From Basidiobolus meristosporus CBS 931.73 (Eukaryota; Fungi; Basidiobolomycota), in the NCBI GenBank assembly GCA_002104905.1, contig MCFE01000277.1:1-64000 (forward strand): a DNA stretch of 64,000 nt. The letters run 5' to 3'. Both the position numbers and the translations under genes were made by a program. Below are positions 63,162 to 64,000 of the stretch, in pieces; position 1 is the stretch's first letter, and each line of letters opens with the position of its first letter. The notes beneath the pieces were generated by a model, which searched no databases, had not been told where the DNA came from, and saw nothing but the letters and a program-made list of their open reading frames with translations.

Positions 63162-64000
63162 GAATAGCGCTCTTCAAGATTGTGACTATTCGAGGACTTC
63201 TTGAGGAACTATTTATGGAGACTTCGTGACTACCATGTAACTATGATGATTAATCAATAATCATGGCTGTTTCAAAATCTGGTGGTAACACGATGGTTTA
63301 CTGGGACATGTAAGCCGATGGGAAAATCGATAGTATTACGTGGTGGTTGCTGGCTGATGGGAGAGTTTGACATACAGCGTTTCTTCAGCATGGTGAGCAA
63401 CATCTCACACCTGAACATGTGCTCGGCTCAAGAGAAGCTGATGACTAAGTCAGATTTCTAAGACAGGATAGATTGGTGATTAGTCGAGCTTCCTCAGGGA
63501 GCATGGTTTCTCGCAGGCGGTCTATCAACGATTACTGCTAAGGAGTATCCCCGAGTTGACATATACACAGCTTTAGGCATTCGAGGATCCAAGGACATCG
63601 ATATCACAGTCAATATAGTAGAGACAGGATCATCTATAGTGGTGGCTAGGGTGTAAGCAGAGATCTAGGCATACTGAATCTCAACCAAATACAAGCAACG
63701 TAGAGTTGCTGGCAATCCAAAAACTTGAGTATATCGCCCGCGTAACACCTTGTGAACTGTATGCATCTGTCGCTCCGCCCTCGAGCTCTGTCGAAGATAC
63801 ACACATGCTATTTATTCTGGAATAGAGTCTCTACTCGCGCCCGCCTGATGCGATTGGGTGTACTACAGATAGTTTCTCATCGTATCAGCCACCAAGTAAG
63901 GCATGGGATGCGGATGGATTTGGCAACCTTGAAGCATGATTCTCAAAAGCTTGGTATTGATAACAACCCAAACCCAACGAGATTGGTTGTACATTTCATG

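Noticed and set aside
63480-63657. Stop-free, protein-like stretch (VELPQGAWFLAGG...)
   Set aside because: Under 60 codons, no start or splice context identified, and no family recognised.
1-64000. CRISPR arrays, rRNA and tRNA genes
   Set aside because: No regularly spaced repeat-spacer array and no recognisable rRNA or tRNA structure seen by eye. A tRNAscan-SE/Infernal run would be needed to exclude small RNAs.

Overview
Eukaryotic window, most likely fungal (short GT-AG introns with CTAAC branch points, fungal-type proteins; an early-diverging lineage is my inference). It has two sharply different halves. Bases 1 to ~45,000 are a nested transposon graveyard, almost devoid of CpG and full of C>T/G>A stops. 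It holds four copies of one Ty3/gypsy family (two sharing a central LTR in tandem), solo LTRs of four other families, Ty1/copia and possible LINE relics, several CACTA/EnSpm-like (CMC) elements with CCCTATG termini, a PIF/Harbinger-like family with AAT target duplications, and a 734-bp fold-back derivative of that family. Bases ~45,000 to 64,000 are CpG-rich and genic: a GPI-anchored 8-Cys protein, MCR1, a divergent alpha-COP, OXA1, a small hypothetical protein, a TPT-family nucleotide-sugar transporter and a Zn-dependent dehydrogenase. The most unusual item is a ~2.3-kb AT-rich, intron-less cargo that replaces ~124 bp of a CMC transposase. It carries a decayed Na+/Ca2+ (CaCA) antiporter gene and a relic with a giant-virus-like Cys/His motif. 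All coordinates, alignments and identities were read by eye; no searches were run.
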